In this document: piece by piece, positions 42,823 to 53,240 of the stretch
How positions within the stretch are numbered: the stretch's first letter is position 1
Layout of the letters: every line of letters starts with the position of its first letter
Virus record (IMG/VR): IMGVR_UViG_3300044991_002130
Span: 10,406-74,405 of that record
Strand: one strand, 5' to 3'
DNA from: a virus
Lineage: Duplodnaviria; Caudoviricetes
Length of the DNA stretch: 64,000 bases
Notes under the pieces: generated by a model
Told to the model about the DNA's origin: nothing
Seen by the model: only the letters and a program-made list of their open reading frames with translations
Databases searched by the model: none
Position numbers and translations under genes: made by a program

Positions 42823-43014
42823 ATGACAAAAACACAAAACTACGTTGAAAAAGCAGCAAAGCGATTGGTTATTGGTGACAAAGTGCTTAGTTCATCAGGT
42901 AAAACACTAACAGTGTCACTTATCGTGAATAAAGGAAACAAAACCATCGTCTTGTTCGACGGCGATATGGAGGTCGATGTTGATCCATACCTTCAAGTCA
43001 AAGTTCTTACATAA
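42823..43014 (+). CDS. Small SH3/KOW-like protein
   Basis: AKRLVIGDKV, beta-rich 63 aa. Confidence 0.5.
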   Translation: MTKTQNYVEKAAKRLVIGDKVLSSSGKTLTVSLIVNKGNKTIVLFDGDMEVDVDPYLQVKVLT

Positions 43015-43085
43015 AGTGTAAGAAAAGTCTTGACTTTTTATAAAAAGCACACCATAGTTATAGGTGTATAAAGGATGTTATAAAA

Positions 43086-43748
43086 ATGAATGTTATCAAT
43101 CAACCAGTATTATCTCTAAATGCAAATTGGATGGCTCTTGGAACCAAGACTGTCAAAGATGCTCTAATCTCTATGCTTGGCGGAGACAGCGGCAATAATC
43201 CGCCAGCCGTTGCCATCGACATGGACTTTGCCGTTGGTGCCGATGGCAATGTTGATTGGGACAATCCAACAAGCACAATTCCGGTTGGTTGGGATGTGTG
43301 GAAAACATTGCCTGTGCGTGATTATGATCTGGCAATTCACACTGCCAATATGGTCATTCGTGCTCCACGGGTCATTATTCAGCCCAACTATGGCAAAATG
43401 CCTATGGTTGAGCCTCGTCCTACAAAAGAAGCCATTCGCAAGCGTGATGGTGGCATAGACCAATACACAGGAAAAGTTCTGTCTTGGAAAGATGGCAACA
43501 TTGACCATGTTATTCCACGTGCTCAAGGTGGCAAAAACACGTTTGAAAACATGGTGTGGTGTCATAAAGATATCAACAGTAAAAAGGCTGATAAAACACC
43601 CGAGCAGGCTGGTCTAAAGCTTATTCGCAAGCCATATGCACCAAAGTCAATTCCTGTCAGCGCAACAATAAATATTGCACATCATCCAAGTTGGGTTTAT
43701 TTCATGGACAATGTAACAGAGGTTCGAGAGCCGAAGTTAAGCATTTAA
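43086..43748 (+). CDS. HNH endonuclease (McrA-like)
   Basis: RD...QY.G, DHVIPRAQGG..FENMV....N..K. Confidence 0.9.
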   Translation: MNVINQPVLSLNANWMALGTKTVKDALISMLGGDSGNNPPAVAIDMDFAVGADGNVDWDNPTSTIPVGWDVWKTLPVRDYDLAIHTANMVIRAPRVIIQPNYGKMPMVEPRPTKEAIRKRDGGIDQYTGKVLSWKDGNIDHVIPRAQGGKNTFENMVWCHKDINSKKADKTPEQAGLKLIRKPYAPKSIPVSATINIAHHPSWVYFMDNVTEVREPKLSI

Positions 43749-43806
43749 GTAGAATAACATTGACAACCACGAAGTGTCGCAATATGATTGCGACACTTCT
43801 TATTAT

Positions 43807-44253
43807 ATGAATAGCAATATAAAATACTACATATCTGGCGCGTTGCTGGGATTTACAATCTTTGCGGCAATACAACTGCCAAGCGTCTGGTTAGCTGATA
43901 TAATCCTACTCGATATTTTGGCAGCACTTTTTTATCTATATTTACAACTAAAACGGAGAATATCCGAAGAGTTTGAGAAATATAACATCAAGTTTGTAGA
44001 GTCGGGAAATGCAATCACAGACACGTTGAAGGTTGCGTTCGACAATATAAAAAAAACAAGTACTGAACAACAAAAATTAAATGCAAAACTTAGGGAATAT
44101 AATTCAAAATTACATCGGGTCGAGCAACACCAGCATAGACTGGCTAGTATCGGAATCAAAAAAGGAATTGACGCCCGAGATAAATTGTCTGAAGAGACGA
44201 GAACTTCTCGCCCGGACGAAGTTCAATCACAGAGACGTGGTCGAACTGAGTGA
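43807..44253 (+). CDS. Membrane protein with coiled coil
   Basis: Two N-terminal TM segments. Confidence 0.6.
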   Translation: MNSNIKYYISGALLGFTIFAAIQLPSVWLADIILLDILAALFYLYLQLKRRISEEFEKYNIKFVESGNAITDTLKVAFDNIKKTSTEQQKLNAKLREYNSKLHRVEQHQHRLASIGIKKGIDARDKLSEETRTSRPDEVQSQRRGRTE

Positions 44254-44318
44254 CCAATTAAAATCTCTTACAAAGCTTTGTAAAAAACTAAACATAAACA
44301 TTGATAATTTATACGTAA

Positions 44319-44534
44319 ATGAAAACAAACTCGGATAGTCCAACAATGGTAGAATTTGGAAAGCTTGATGCCGGAAATAAATTCTTTTTGTCCAACCCAA
44401 TTGGACTCGAAGACCGTGCATCTTATATAAAAATGACAAGTCAAAAAGACAAGGATGGTAGGTGGTCAAACGCCAAGAACCCATTTGGTATAGTAATATT
44501 CGTGCAATATGACAAACGCGTGTGGGTAAAATGA
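44319..44534 (+). CDS. Hypothetical protein
   Basis: 71 aa ORF. Confidence 0.5.
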   Translation: MKTNSDSPTMVEFGKLDAGNKFFLSNPIGLEDRASYIKMTSQKDKDGRWSNAKNPFGIVIFVQYDKRVWVK

Positions 44535-44941
44535 AAATTGTAATAAGCAAATGTTATGGTGGATTTAGTCTTTCACCCAAAGCAGTCAAATGGCTCGCAG
44601 ACAAACGTGGACAACAGTGCCACTTTTTTCAGTCCAAGTATGTCGATGGAAAGCATGCGTATGTTCCATTTGATGGCGAATTCCCAGAGGGTTTGTTCTG
44701 GGTTGCTTTTAGTACAGACAATCCAACAAATGAAAATTATAGCAAATATCGTTTGGACAATCACCCACGTGACCGAGCCGACCCATTACTTGTCCAAGTT
44801 GTTGAAGAGTTGGGCGAAGAAGCAAATGGTTCTGCCGCAGAACTAAAGGTTGTTGACATACCAGATGGTATTGAATATACAATTGAAGAATATGATGGCA
44901 TGGAAACTATCCACGAAGCCCATCGCGTGTGGGGAGATTGA
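44531..44941 (+). CDS. Conserved phage hypothetical protein
   Basis: CYGGFSLS...R.DP.LVQVVEELG...YDG.E. Confidence 0.7.
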   Translation: MKIVISKCYGGFSLSPKAVKWLADKRGQQCHFFQSKYVDGKHAYVPFDGEFPEGLFWVAFSTDNPTNENYSKYRLDNHPRDRADPLLVQVVEELGEEANGSAAELKVVDIPDGIEYTIEEYDGMETIHEAHRVWGD

Positions 44942-45752
44942 TCGGTTCAGATTTGGGAATTTTGTGATTGTGCCTGTATTTTGTATGGCAAGAAGACCCG
45001 CAAAACAAAAACTTCCCGCCTTTATTCCAAGACTTCAATACAGTTTTTTCTTTCCCACAACAAATACATTTATAAGTTAGATACGCTGTTTCTTTTTTGT
45101 ATTGATTGAAACATTGTCGGTCACAAAAATGATCTTCATTTGGTCCTTTATACCTATTCTTTTCTATATTTTTTGTTTTTCCACACATTTTACACTGAAT
45201 ATCTATTCTTGCGTTTTTTTGTTTTAGTTTTATTCCACATGGTTTGGAACAGCATTTTTGAGTTTTTACTTTATTATGAGATGATGGAATAGTAAATGTT
45301 TTCCCGCATATTACACAATCAGATGTATAGTATTCTGTTGTTGATTCAACCGATTTTCTATAACAAGAAAAACTACAAAACTTTGTTTTTTCTTTATTAT
45401 GTCTGCTTTCTGTAACGTTGAATAGTTTTCCACAATAATCACAAGTTGAATGAACCCGCTTGAATAGTTTTTTGCGAAGCCATCCATAAAGTTTGTTATT
45501 CCTTTTTTGACCCCCATTCGCCGTACACATCATATTGGCAGCAAACAAGATATTGCGATTGTCTGGATATATTTTTACCAAAAGTTGATGGCATACATAA
45601 TGTTCTTCGGGTGTGAGTGATACTATGTTTTCACCTTCATCATTTCCTCCCAAACATTTCGGTATTATATGATGCTGTTCATACAAATCTTCGTTTGGAC
45701 TTCTCGACTTTGCTCTTTCAACTATTCGGTGATATATTTCGGGGTAGTTCAT
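44907..45752 (-). mobile_element. HNH homing endonuclease (Mob-like) with zinc-ribbon repeats
   Basis: YEQHHIIPKCLGG.D...N...LTPEEH...H.LL; four C..CGK...CS..C repeats; opposite strand to neighbours. Confidence 0.85.
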
Positions 45753-45994
45753 TTTTTGTTTTTTAGTTCATAGTATTTTTGTAACTTTTTCTTTTTTATC
45801 TCTTCCTTGTGGAGTTGATAATATTTGTTGGCGCGAACACGACTTTCTTCAAGAACTTGTTCGTAGGTTTTGTTATGTGATTTTCTTCCCATGTGAATAA
45901 ATATAAAATAAAAAAAGAAAAACGCAGGAAAATGCTATTTATAACAAACATCTTGTTGACATATATCCGCACTATTGTATAGTTGGTAAATAAT

Positions 45995-46459
45995 ATGGCA
46001 AAAATAAAAAATGAAGTTGACAAAAAACCAAAGACTAAAAGTTTATTTGATCACCTCAATGAAATCCGTGTGGGAAAAAATCCTAAATACTTTGAAACTC
46101 TGTCTGAAACGGATAAAAAGACTTGGAGTAATTATATGGTATGCAGATTTTTAAGCATGCAACCATTGCTGGTAGAAACGATAAATGATATGCAATCATA
46201 CCAAGATAAGTTAGAGCCTAAAGATTTCTATCGACTGTGTTCGGAGACAGTGCCGCGAGGCCGGGGATATTATCCATATATAAAAAACACAGCGGAAAAA
46301 TATAATAAATCTTTGCTGTCATTGCTTTGTATACATTTTAAAGAATGTGAGAGAAATGTGTTGCAGTATATTGGACTCCTGACCCAAGAGGATTTGCGGG
46401 CGATAGTAAAATTGTACGGATATTCAGACAAACAAGCAGATGAGTTAATTATAACTTGA
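45995..46459 (+). CDS. Clamp loader small subunit (gp62-like)
   Basis: LFDHLNEI...NYMV.RFLSM...Y.PYIK. Confidence 0.6.
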   Translation: MAKIKNEVDKKPKTKSLFDHLNEIRVGKNPKYFETLSETDKKTWSNYMVCRFLSMQPLLVETINDMQSYQDKLEPKDFYRLCSETVPRGRGYYPYIKNTAEKYNKSLLSLLCIHFKECERNVLQYIGLLTQEDLRAIVKLYGYSDKQADELIIT

Positions 46460-46490
46460 CGTTATTCGTGTGCTCTGTACCATTTGATAT

Positions 46491-47129
46491 ATGAGTAATA
46501 AACGTGTAATTGGGATAGGAGGCGTGGCAAGGGCTGGAAAAGACACCTTCGCCTCTATATTAACCAATCAATTGAAGGCGGCGGGAAAAACGGTAGATAG
46601 GTTTGCGTTTGCGGACGCATTGAAAGAGGACTGTGAGGCGTTTTGTGTAGAGAAACTCGGAGTGACCGCGTTCACGCAAATACCAGAGGAAAAGATTTTA
46701 ATTCGGCCATTGCTTGTTTGGTATGGCGATGCAAAAAGAAAGCAGACCAATGGAAGATATTGGGTAGATATTATAGATAAACAAGTGAAAGCGTCAACCG
46801 CCGATTTTTGTATTGTTACCGACGTTCGTTATGACTTCTACGAGCGTGATGAAATCAATTGGGTCAAACAAGAGTGTCATGGTCTTGTGGTGCACGTGAG
46901 TCGGTGGAGCAGGCCGAGCATTCTAAATGCAATCGGGGATAGAACTTTGAGATACTATGTGCAACCAGCCAATGACCACGAAAAAGAGAATAACCCAAAG
47001 GTAAAAGCCAAAGCTGATCGCGTCGTTGAATGGGAAAACGTAGACGGTTTAACTATGGAACAACTGACATTTGCTCCGTCCCTAGTAGCCCACGTAGACG
47101 AGTTTATATTTAAATCCCGACTGGTTTAA
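46491..47129 (+). CDS. dNMP kinase (T4 gp1-like)
   Basis: GVARAGKDT, AFADALK, R..L...G...R, TDVRY. Confidence 0.8.
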   Translation: MSNKRVIGIGGVARAGKDTFASILTNQLKAAGKTVDRFAFADALKEDCEAFCVEKLGVTAFTQIPEEKILIRPLLVWYGDAKRKQTNGRYWVDIIDKQVKASTADFCIVTDVRYDFYERDEINWVKQECHGLVVHVSRWSRPSILNAIGDRTLRYYVQPANDHEKENNPKVKAKADRVVEWENVDGLTMEQLTFAPSLVAHVDEFIFKSRLV

Positions 47130-47557
47130 TCTTCGTCGGAATCTTCGTCGGAATCTTCTCCGTTGTCAAATTCCTCATTCAATTTTAAGAAATCTTGTTG
47201 TGTTAATTTTAAGTTGTGTATAATAGCGGTAATTAACATAGCAAGTTGACGGGTATCAAACTTTTGCGATTTAATACTTTGACAAAATTTTTCGGATATT
47301 CCGATAATTTTTTTGTCAAGTTTTGCTCCACCCGACGGGTATATTATACCGGGGATAGGATTATTCGCATCGTGCATATCAGACAACTTATCCAGTTCCT
47401 CTTTGAGTAACTGATTATATTCGTCCTCACTCGCCGCGACTGTCTTTATTAATTTTTTCAACTCGTCTATATCATTTTTCTTGACAATCTTAGCAACAGA
47501 GAAATTTTTTAGTATCCCGGATTGCTGCAAAACGTGGGTGTAAGTTTGATTTGACAT
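47126..47557 (-). CDS. Hypothetical protein with acidic tail
   Basis: MSNQTYTH start. Confidence 0.55.
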   Translation of the reverse strand: MSNQTYTHVLQQSGILKNFSVAKIVKKNDIDELKKLIKTVAASEDEYNQLLKEELDKLSDMHDANNPIPGIIYPSGGAKLDKKIIGISEKFCQSIKSQKFDTRQLAMLITAIIHNLKLTQQDFLKLNEEFDNGEDSDEDSDED

Positions 47558-47632
47558 TATTATACTGTATTTAAGATAAATATAAACGTATTTCGTTTGA
47601 CACCAAAGATTATCGGTATATTGTGATTGAAT

Positions 47633-48640
47633 ATGGCAACAGAAGAATTCCTCGTAGAAGACGCTGCAACTCCACCCGAACCTACAAAAGTAGTCGCGGA
47701 GAAGAAGCAAAAACATGTCAGTTTTAGCCAGTATGCTAAATGGTTGAAATGTCCCCAAGATTGGAAGTTGTCGTACATCGACAAACTTTCTCCGTACGAC
47801 TCAACCATACACACAGTATTTGGAACTGCCATTCATGGTGCGATTCAAGCGTATCTTAAGATTCTATATACTGTGGGAGCGCCGGAGGCGGATGAATTTG
47901 ATACAATTGGAGAGTTTAAGAAGGGATACAAGAAAGAACTACTGCAATTGAAGATTGCCACACCGGAACAAGAGAAGCTATCCGAAGAAGAATTGAAATC
48001 GCTGAAATTAGTGACTGAGGCAACCATATCAGAATTTGAATCGGACGGAAAAACGATACTCAATCACATGCTCGACTATTCCACCAGAACAAAACATTTC
48101 CCGTCCAAGCGATACGAACTGGTAGGCATTGAGCTTCCGTTGGAAATCCCACTGAGAAAATCAACTCTGTTATATAAAGGATTCTTGGATATTGTGCTCA
48201 AGGATAAACAGACCAACAAAATATTGATATTGGACTTTAAGACCTCAACCAATGGATGGAATAAGTACCAGAAGGTTGACCGAACCAAGATTGACCAGCT
48301 ATTGCTGTATAAACGGTTTTACAGCCAAACGTTCAAAGTTGCGATGGACGAGATAGAAGTTGAATTCTTTGTGCTTAAACGCAAGCTGATGGAGGATGTG
48401 ACGTTCCCACAACAACGCATTCAACGTATATCTCCACCGGACGGAAAAAAGAGCATGGCCGAAGTTGAGGCATCGTTTTTAGATTTTATAAAAAGTGGAT
48501 TTGACGACCAAGGAAATTATAACAAAGACGGGGCGTTTCCTAAAACTCCCGGCAAAGCAAAAAAGAATTGTAAATATTGCTTTTTCAAGACCCACAAGAA
48601 TGAAAAGGGAGAATTGTATTGTAACGGAAAGGAAGGCTGA
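47633..48640 (+). CDS. PD-(D/E)xK nuclease (Cas4/RecB-like)
   Basis: SFSQ...CP, FGTAIH, E, GFLD, DFKT, QL..Y, CKYC. Confidence 0.88.
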   Translation: MATEEFLVEDAATPPEPTKVVAEKKQKHVSFSQYAKWLKCPQDWKLSYIDKLSPYDSTIHTVFGTAIHGAIQAYLKILYTVGAPEADEFDTIGEFKKGYKKELLQLKIATPEQEKLSEEELKSLKLVTEATISEFESDGKTILNHMLDYSTRTKHFPSKRYELVGIELPLEIPLRKSTLLYKGFLDIVLKDKQTNKILILDFKTSTNGWNKYQKVDRTKIDQLLLYKRFYSQTFKVAMDEIEVEFFVLKRKLMEDVTFPQQRIQRISPPDGKKSMAEVEASFLDFIKSGFDDQGNYNKDGAFPKTPGKAKKNCKYCFFKTHKNEKGELYCNGKEG

Positions 48641-48641
48641 C

Positions 48642-48884
48642 ATGACCATCAATTACGGTATCATTGCATATACATTAAAGGGCGAAAAAGAATCACCCAC
48701 GCTATCAATTCTGCATTTTTGCGGATATGCGGAACCTCCCACACAAGCAGACATTGAATCGTTGTCCAAAGAATTAAACACCGACCCCGAATTTGGATTG
48801 GTAGGAAAGATTGGAACCGAGACATTTTTGATGGAAGCAACTCCCGATATTATAAAAAAGTTTAAAGAATTGCCGCCAGTTTGA
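48642..48884 (+). CDS. Hypothetical protein
   Basis: MTINYG start. Confidence 0.5.
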   Translation: MTINYGIIAYTLKGEKESPTLSILHFCGYAEPPTQADIESLSKELNTDPEFGLVGKIGTETFLMEATPDIIKKFKELPPV

Positions 48885-48941
48885 TTTTTATATATATGGA
48901 AAATCTAATTTCATATATATGTATATAGGAAATATCATACT

Positions 48942-49151
48942 ATGAAATTAAAATCAAATCACGAAACTAGCTTCACTTCCGTCCATGTGTTCAAGGACAA
49001 ATATACCCTATTCAAAGAATCTGGTGTAAGTAGCGGAATGACGCTCCAAAAATTGGTCAATCGTTGCGTATATCTTTATATCAACGACCCCGAATTCAAA
49101 AAGAAGGTAGACGGAGAATCTGCATTACAAAGCAGTGGATCAGCATTTTAA
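48942..49151 (+). CDS. Small putative DNA-binding protein
   Basis: TSV.V...Y..FK...TLQKLVNR (RHH-like). Confidence 0.55.
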   Translation: MKLKSNHETSFTSVHVFKDKYTLFKESGVSSGMTLQKLVNRCVYLYINDPEFKKKVDGESALQSSGSAF

Positions 49152-49197
49152 TTATAAGTTGACAAACGCAAAAATTAAAGCATAATACGAAAATTAT

Positions 49198-50673
49198 ATG
49201 GTAAAAGATTATATTCCACAAAAAGATAGAAAAAAAATAATACTATTATGCGACGATTTGCGTATGCATTCTGGTATTGCCACAATGGCTAGAGAATTTG
49301 TCACTGGTCTTGCTCATAAATATAATTGGGTACAATTGGCCGGAAGCGTTCAGCACCCAGACAAAGGTAAGATTTTTAATCTCGATGCCGCCACAAATGC
49401 AACCACCGGATTAACGGACTCTTATGTGCGACTATACCCTATTGATGGGTACGGCAACTCAGACGTATTAAATGAAGTTATAAAACTAGAAAACCCCGAT
49501 GCTCTCCTACATTTTACAGACCCTAGATTCTGGATTTGGTTATATCAAATCGAGCGTGAGTTGCGTCAAAAGCTACCTATTGGCTTTTATAGTATATGGG
49601 ACGACCTACCATATCCTATGTATAATAGACCTTATTATGAGAGTTGCGATTGGATAGGTTGTATCAGTAAGCAGACCGAGAATATCGTAAAGGGAGTTCT
49701 TGGCTCCAATCTAAACAAACCGACCACGGTGACTTATGTTCCACATGGAATGAACACGAAAATGTTCAGACCGCTCGTCACAGAGGCGGAGCTAAAGGAG
49801 CTTGATATAGTTAAGAAGCAAATTCTAAAGAAAGAATATAGCTACGTTATTTTCTATAATAATAGAAACATTCGTCGCAAGCAAACTTCCACGATAATGT
49901 TGGCCTATCGCAATTTCTGCGATAACCTATCAAAAGAAGAAGCGGCCAAATGTGTGTTGCTCATGCATACACACCCGATAGATGAAGCTGGTACCGATCT
50001 GCTAGCAGTGAAGGAAGCATTTTGTAAAGAATATGACGTAGTATTTAGCACGGATAAGATTGCCCCGGAGCGGTTGAATCAATATTATAATATCGCAGAC
50101 GTAACGGTAAATCTCTCCGACAATGAAGGATTTGGAATAGCCACAGCAGAAAGTCTTGCGGCTGGCACGCCGATTATAGTTTCTGTAACCGGGGGTTTGC
50201 AAGATCAATGCGGGTTTACAGACGCCAACGGTAAGCCAGTGGAATTCAATGAGAGTTGGGGCAGTAACCACGATGGTAGATATAAAAATCACGGTAAATG
50301 GGTAACCCCAATATATCCGGGAGCCAGAATGTTGCAAGGTAGCATTCCGACGCCATACATTATCGCAGACTACGCTAGATGGGAAGACTGCGCCGAAGCG
50401 ATGATGTATTGGTATATCTTGGGCAGAGAAAAGCGTAAAGAATGCGGTGAGGCTGGACGTGATTGGCTGAGTGGAGATGGTGGATTAAGTTCCGAGAGCA
50501 TGTGTGAAAAGATGGCGGACGGTCTAGACTCTATGATTGCAAACTGGAAAGGTCGCGAGAGATTTAATCTACATCGCCACGACGAGCACGTCGGACATAC
50601 TATGCCTAATAATCAACTCGGAATTATCTTGCCAAAGATAGATAAAGCTGTAGTATTGAGCAAATACAATTAA
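49198..50673 (+). CDS. GT-B (GT4) glycosyltransferase
   Basis: SGIA, VPHG, NRNIRRK, EGFGI...ES..AG.P. Confidence 0.9.
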   Translation: MVKDYIPQKDRKKIILLCDDLRMHSGIATMAREFVTGLAHKYNWVQLAGSVQHPDKGKIFNLDAATNATTGLTDSYVRLYPIDGYGNSDVLNEVIKLENPDALLHFTDPRFWIWLYQIERELRQKLPIGFYSIWDDLPYPMYNRPYYESCDWIGCISKQTENIVKGVLGSNLNKPTTVTYVPHGMNTKMFRPLVTEAELKELDIVKKQILKKEYSYVIFYNNRNIRRKQTSTIMLAYRNFCDNLSKEEAAKCVLLMHTHPIDEAGTDLLAVKEAFCKEYDVVFSTDKIAPERLNQYYNIADVTVNLSDNEGFGIATAESLAAGTPIIVSVTGGLQDQCGFTDANGKPVEFNESWGSNHDGRYKNHGKWVTPIYPGARMLQGSIPTPYIIADYARWEDCAEAMMYWYILGREKRKECGEAGRDWLSGDGGLSSESMCEKMADGLDSMIANWKGRERFNLHRHDEHVGHTMPNNQLGIILPKIDKAVVLSKYN

Positions 50674-50679
50674 AGTAGT

Positions 50680-51033
50680 ATGAAACAACCAATGATGAAC
50701 GATGAAGAGTTTGCGACTATGATGCGGAAGCGCAAAATAGAATTTAAGGGGCCAAAATCCGAAATTTTGGACTACATGAACAAAACGTATCCATTGAAAT
50801 CGACTCGACCAATGGAGATTGCGGCGGGAGACCGGTGGATTATTGATGATAACCTCACATACGAGAAACAGTTGGAGAACAACACTCGCAATATTGTGTT
50901 TCTGTTCTTTTTGGAATACGCGTCAATTAAGAAGTCTTCCGAGAATGAGGTGACGGAGACGTGGGACGTGGCGAGGGAATATATGCCGACCATATCGCTC
51001 ATGTTGCAATCGGTAATCGTGGAAATTGTTTAA
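50680..51033 (+). CDS. Hypothetical protein
   Basis: ORF track. Confidence 0.5.
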   Translation: MKQPMMNDEEFATMMRKRKIEFKGPKSEILDYMNKTYPLKSTRPMEIAAGDRWIIDDNLTYEKQLENNTRNIVFLFFLEYASIKKSSENEVTETWDVAREYMPTISLMLQSVIVEIV

Positions 51034-51048
51034 TTAAATATAAATTGT

Positions 51049-51351
51049 ATGAAATCATCGACTAGAAGTGTTCCGGGGAGAATTAAAGAGTGGGTGATGG
51101 GAGTCTGGTGGAATATTAGATATTATAGATTGCGCAAGCGTTTCATTCGAAATGTAAATCATGTTGCCGGAACTGCACAATCCCCCATCACAATAAAAAT
51201 GGTTGATGGACAACGGCACAGTGTGCGGACTTATGATGCAACCGCCGCAATCGGGTATAATCAACGGAAACAATGGTTGGACCAAGTTAGTAAGCGAGAC
51301 CGAGAGCTTTCAGCGATAAGAGAAGAATACAATTCAAAGAACTTAAACTAA
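51049..51351 (+). CDS. Hypothetical protein
   Basis: ORF track. Confidence 0.5.
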   Translation: MKSSTRSVPGRIKEWVMGVWWNIRYYRLRKRFIRNVNHVAGTAQSPITIKMVDGQRHSVRTYDATAAIGYNQRKQWLDQVSKRDRELSAIREEYNSKNLN

Positions 51352-51357
51352 AAAATT

Positions 51358-51549
51358 ATGTCAAAAACATTAACTAAAGACGAAGCAGAAGCAAAAGTAT
51401 ACGAGCTAACAAAACAGCTCGCCGAAATCAAGAAGGAAAAGAAGATGGCAAATGCCGATTTCAAGGACCGTATCAACGATGTTGAGGCGGAAATCGAAGC
51501 TGTCATTCAAGAACAAGAAGATCAGAATACTCCCGGCACGGCTCCATAA
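51358..51549 (+). CDS. Small coiled-coil protein
   Basis: Heptad-rich 63 aa. Confidence 0.55.
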   Translation: MSKTLTKDEAEAKVYELTKQLAEIKKEKKMANADFKDRINDVEAEIEAVIQEQEDQNTPGTAP

Positions 51550-51552
51550 TAA

Positions 51553-51861
51553 ATGAAGAAAACGCCGTTTACGGACGATCAATTGAGGTATGCCGCCCGC
51601 TCCCGCTGTGAATGCGGAGCCGGGTTGGCGTATCCAAACAATCCCACAATGCGACAAATGAAAGAGTGGGAGAATGAAAACAGTCCATTTGCAATGTGGA
51701 GTTTTTGGGACTGTTCGGATATATTAACGGGAAGAGCAATTCTAAAGGGACAAGAAGGATCAAAGATGCATACCGGTAGATTACCATTTGCATTTTATGA
51801 AATAAAGAGTGAAGACCAACTATCGGCTAATGGGACAACGACGCGACCAACGGGAAAGTAA
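51553..51861 (+). CDS. Hypothetical protein (Cys/His motif)
   Basis: RCECGAGLAY...WDCS...H..LPF.FYEIKSE. Confidence 0.6.
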   Translation: MKKTPFTDDQLRYAARSRCECGAGLAYPNNPTMRQMKEWENENSPFAMWSFWDCSDILTGRAILKGQEGSKMHTGRLPFAFYEIKSEDQLSANGTTTRPTGK

Positions 51862-51938
51862 AAAATACCAGAGTAATACTGCTTGACAAACAATCTAATG
51901 TATAGAATAATAACAGAAACAAATTCGAATATAAAACT

Positions 51939-53240
51939 ATGAGTAATGAAATAAAACCTGTATGCGTGATCCAAGGACCAGTGGCTTCTCGGAGTGGTTA
52001 TGGCGACCACACTTTTTCTATTTGTGACGCATTAATCAACAGTAACAAGTTTGATGTAAAGATCATTCCTATGCGTTGGGGCGCATGCCCTAACACAATG
52101 CTTGATGATGAAACTGTACCAATGGTAAAAGAAATCAAGAGAAGAATTATAAACAACTTGGCGACACAGCCAGAGTTATTTATTCAAGTATCTATTCCCA
52201 ACGAGTTCAAACCAATTGGAAAGTATAATATTGGCGTCACAGCTGGTATCGAAAGTACCGTACCAAAGGCCGAATGGATCGAGGGAATAAATCGCATGAA
52301 TTTAACAGTGGTTCCTTCAAACTTCACGAAGTCTGTGTTCTTAGATACTATCTATAATAAGAGACACGACAATGGACAGGAAGAAAAAATATCGGTCACG
52401 CGACCGATTGAAGTGGCATTCGAGGGAGTAGATACCTCGATATATAAGAAAACCTCAGAACCATCTCCAGAAATAGATATTGCAATCAATGCTATTCCAG
52501 AAGATTTTTGTTATTTGTTCGTTGGACACTGGATTCAAGGTGAGCTAGGAGCGGACCGCAAAGATATTGGTATGTTGGTAAAGGTATTTAGTGAAGTATT
52601 CAAGAACAAAAAGAATAAGCCAGCATTGGTGTTGAAGACCAGCGGAGCTACATTCTCCAAGATGGATAAGGCGGAAATATTAAAGAAAATTGACGACATT
52701 CGAAAGCCGTTGTCCGGAGATTTGCCCAACATATATTTGATTCATGGTGAGTTGACTCCCGGAGAATTGAATCGTTTATACAATCATCCGAAGATTAAAA
52801 ATCACGTGAGTTTCACTCACGGTGAAGGATTCGGGCGTCCATTGTTGGAATCCACTTTAAGTGGAAAGCCGCTATTGACTACCAATTGGAGCGGACATGT
52901 GGATTTCTTGCCTCAAGACTTGGCAAATCTACTGCCGGGGACTCTTGGAAATATACCGCCTAGCGCATGCAATGAATGGCTGATAAAAGAGGCAAGATGG
53001 TTCAATGTGAACTATAGCGTTGCGGCACAAAAGTTGGAAGACATGTTCACTAATTATATTAACTATATTCCAAAGGCCGAGAAGCTGCGGCAACAAAACA
53101 GTGAAAAGTTTACACTTGAAGCAGGAAACGAAGTGTTCATGAACATTTTGAACAAGAACTTGCCGACATTTGAAAAGAAAGTGGCAATTACTCTTCCAAA
53201 GTTCAAGAAAATTACACCAACAGCACCAGTCACAGGATGA
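51939..53240 (+). CDS. GT-B (GT4) glycosyltransferase
   Basis: RSGYG, RKD, GEGFGRPLLE, WSGH.DF. Confidence 0.9.
   Translation: MSNEIKPVCVIQGPVASRSGYGDHTFSICDALINSNKFDVKIIPMRWGACPNTMLDDETVPMVKEIKRRIINNLATQPELFIQVSIPNEFKPIGKYNIGVTAGIESTVPKAEWIEGINRMNLTVVPSNFTKSVFLDTIYNKRHDNGQEEKISVTRPIEVAFEGVDTSIYKKTSEPSPEIDIAINAIPEDFCYLFVGHWIQGELGADRKDIGMLVKVFSEVFKNKKNKPALVLKTSGATFSKMDKAEILKKIDDIRKPLSGDLPNIYLIHGELTPGELNRLYNHPKIKNHVSFTHGEGFGRPLLESTLSGKPLLTTNWSGHVDFLPQDLANLLPGTLGNIPPSACNEWLIKEARWFNVNYSVAAQKLEDMFTNYINYIPKAEKLRQQNSEKFTLEAGNEVFMNILNKNLPTFEKKVAITLPKFKKITPTAPVTG

Noticed and set aside
47633-48640. CRISPR-Cas system suggested by the Cas4-like nuclease
   Set aside because: No repeat-spacer array or other cas genes in the window; solo nucleases of this type are common in phages.
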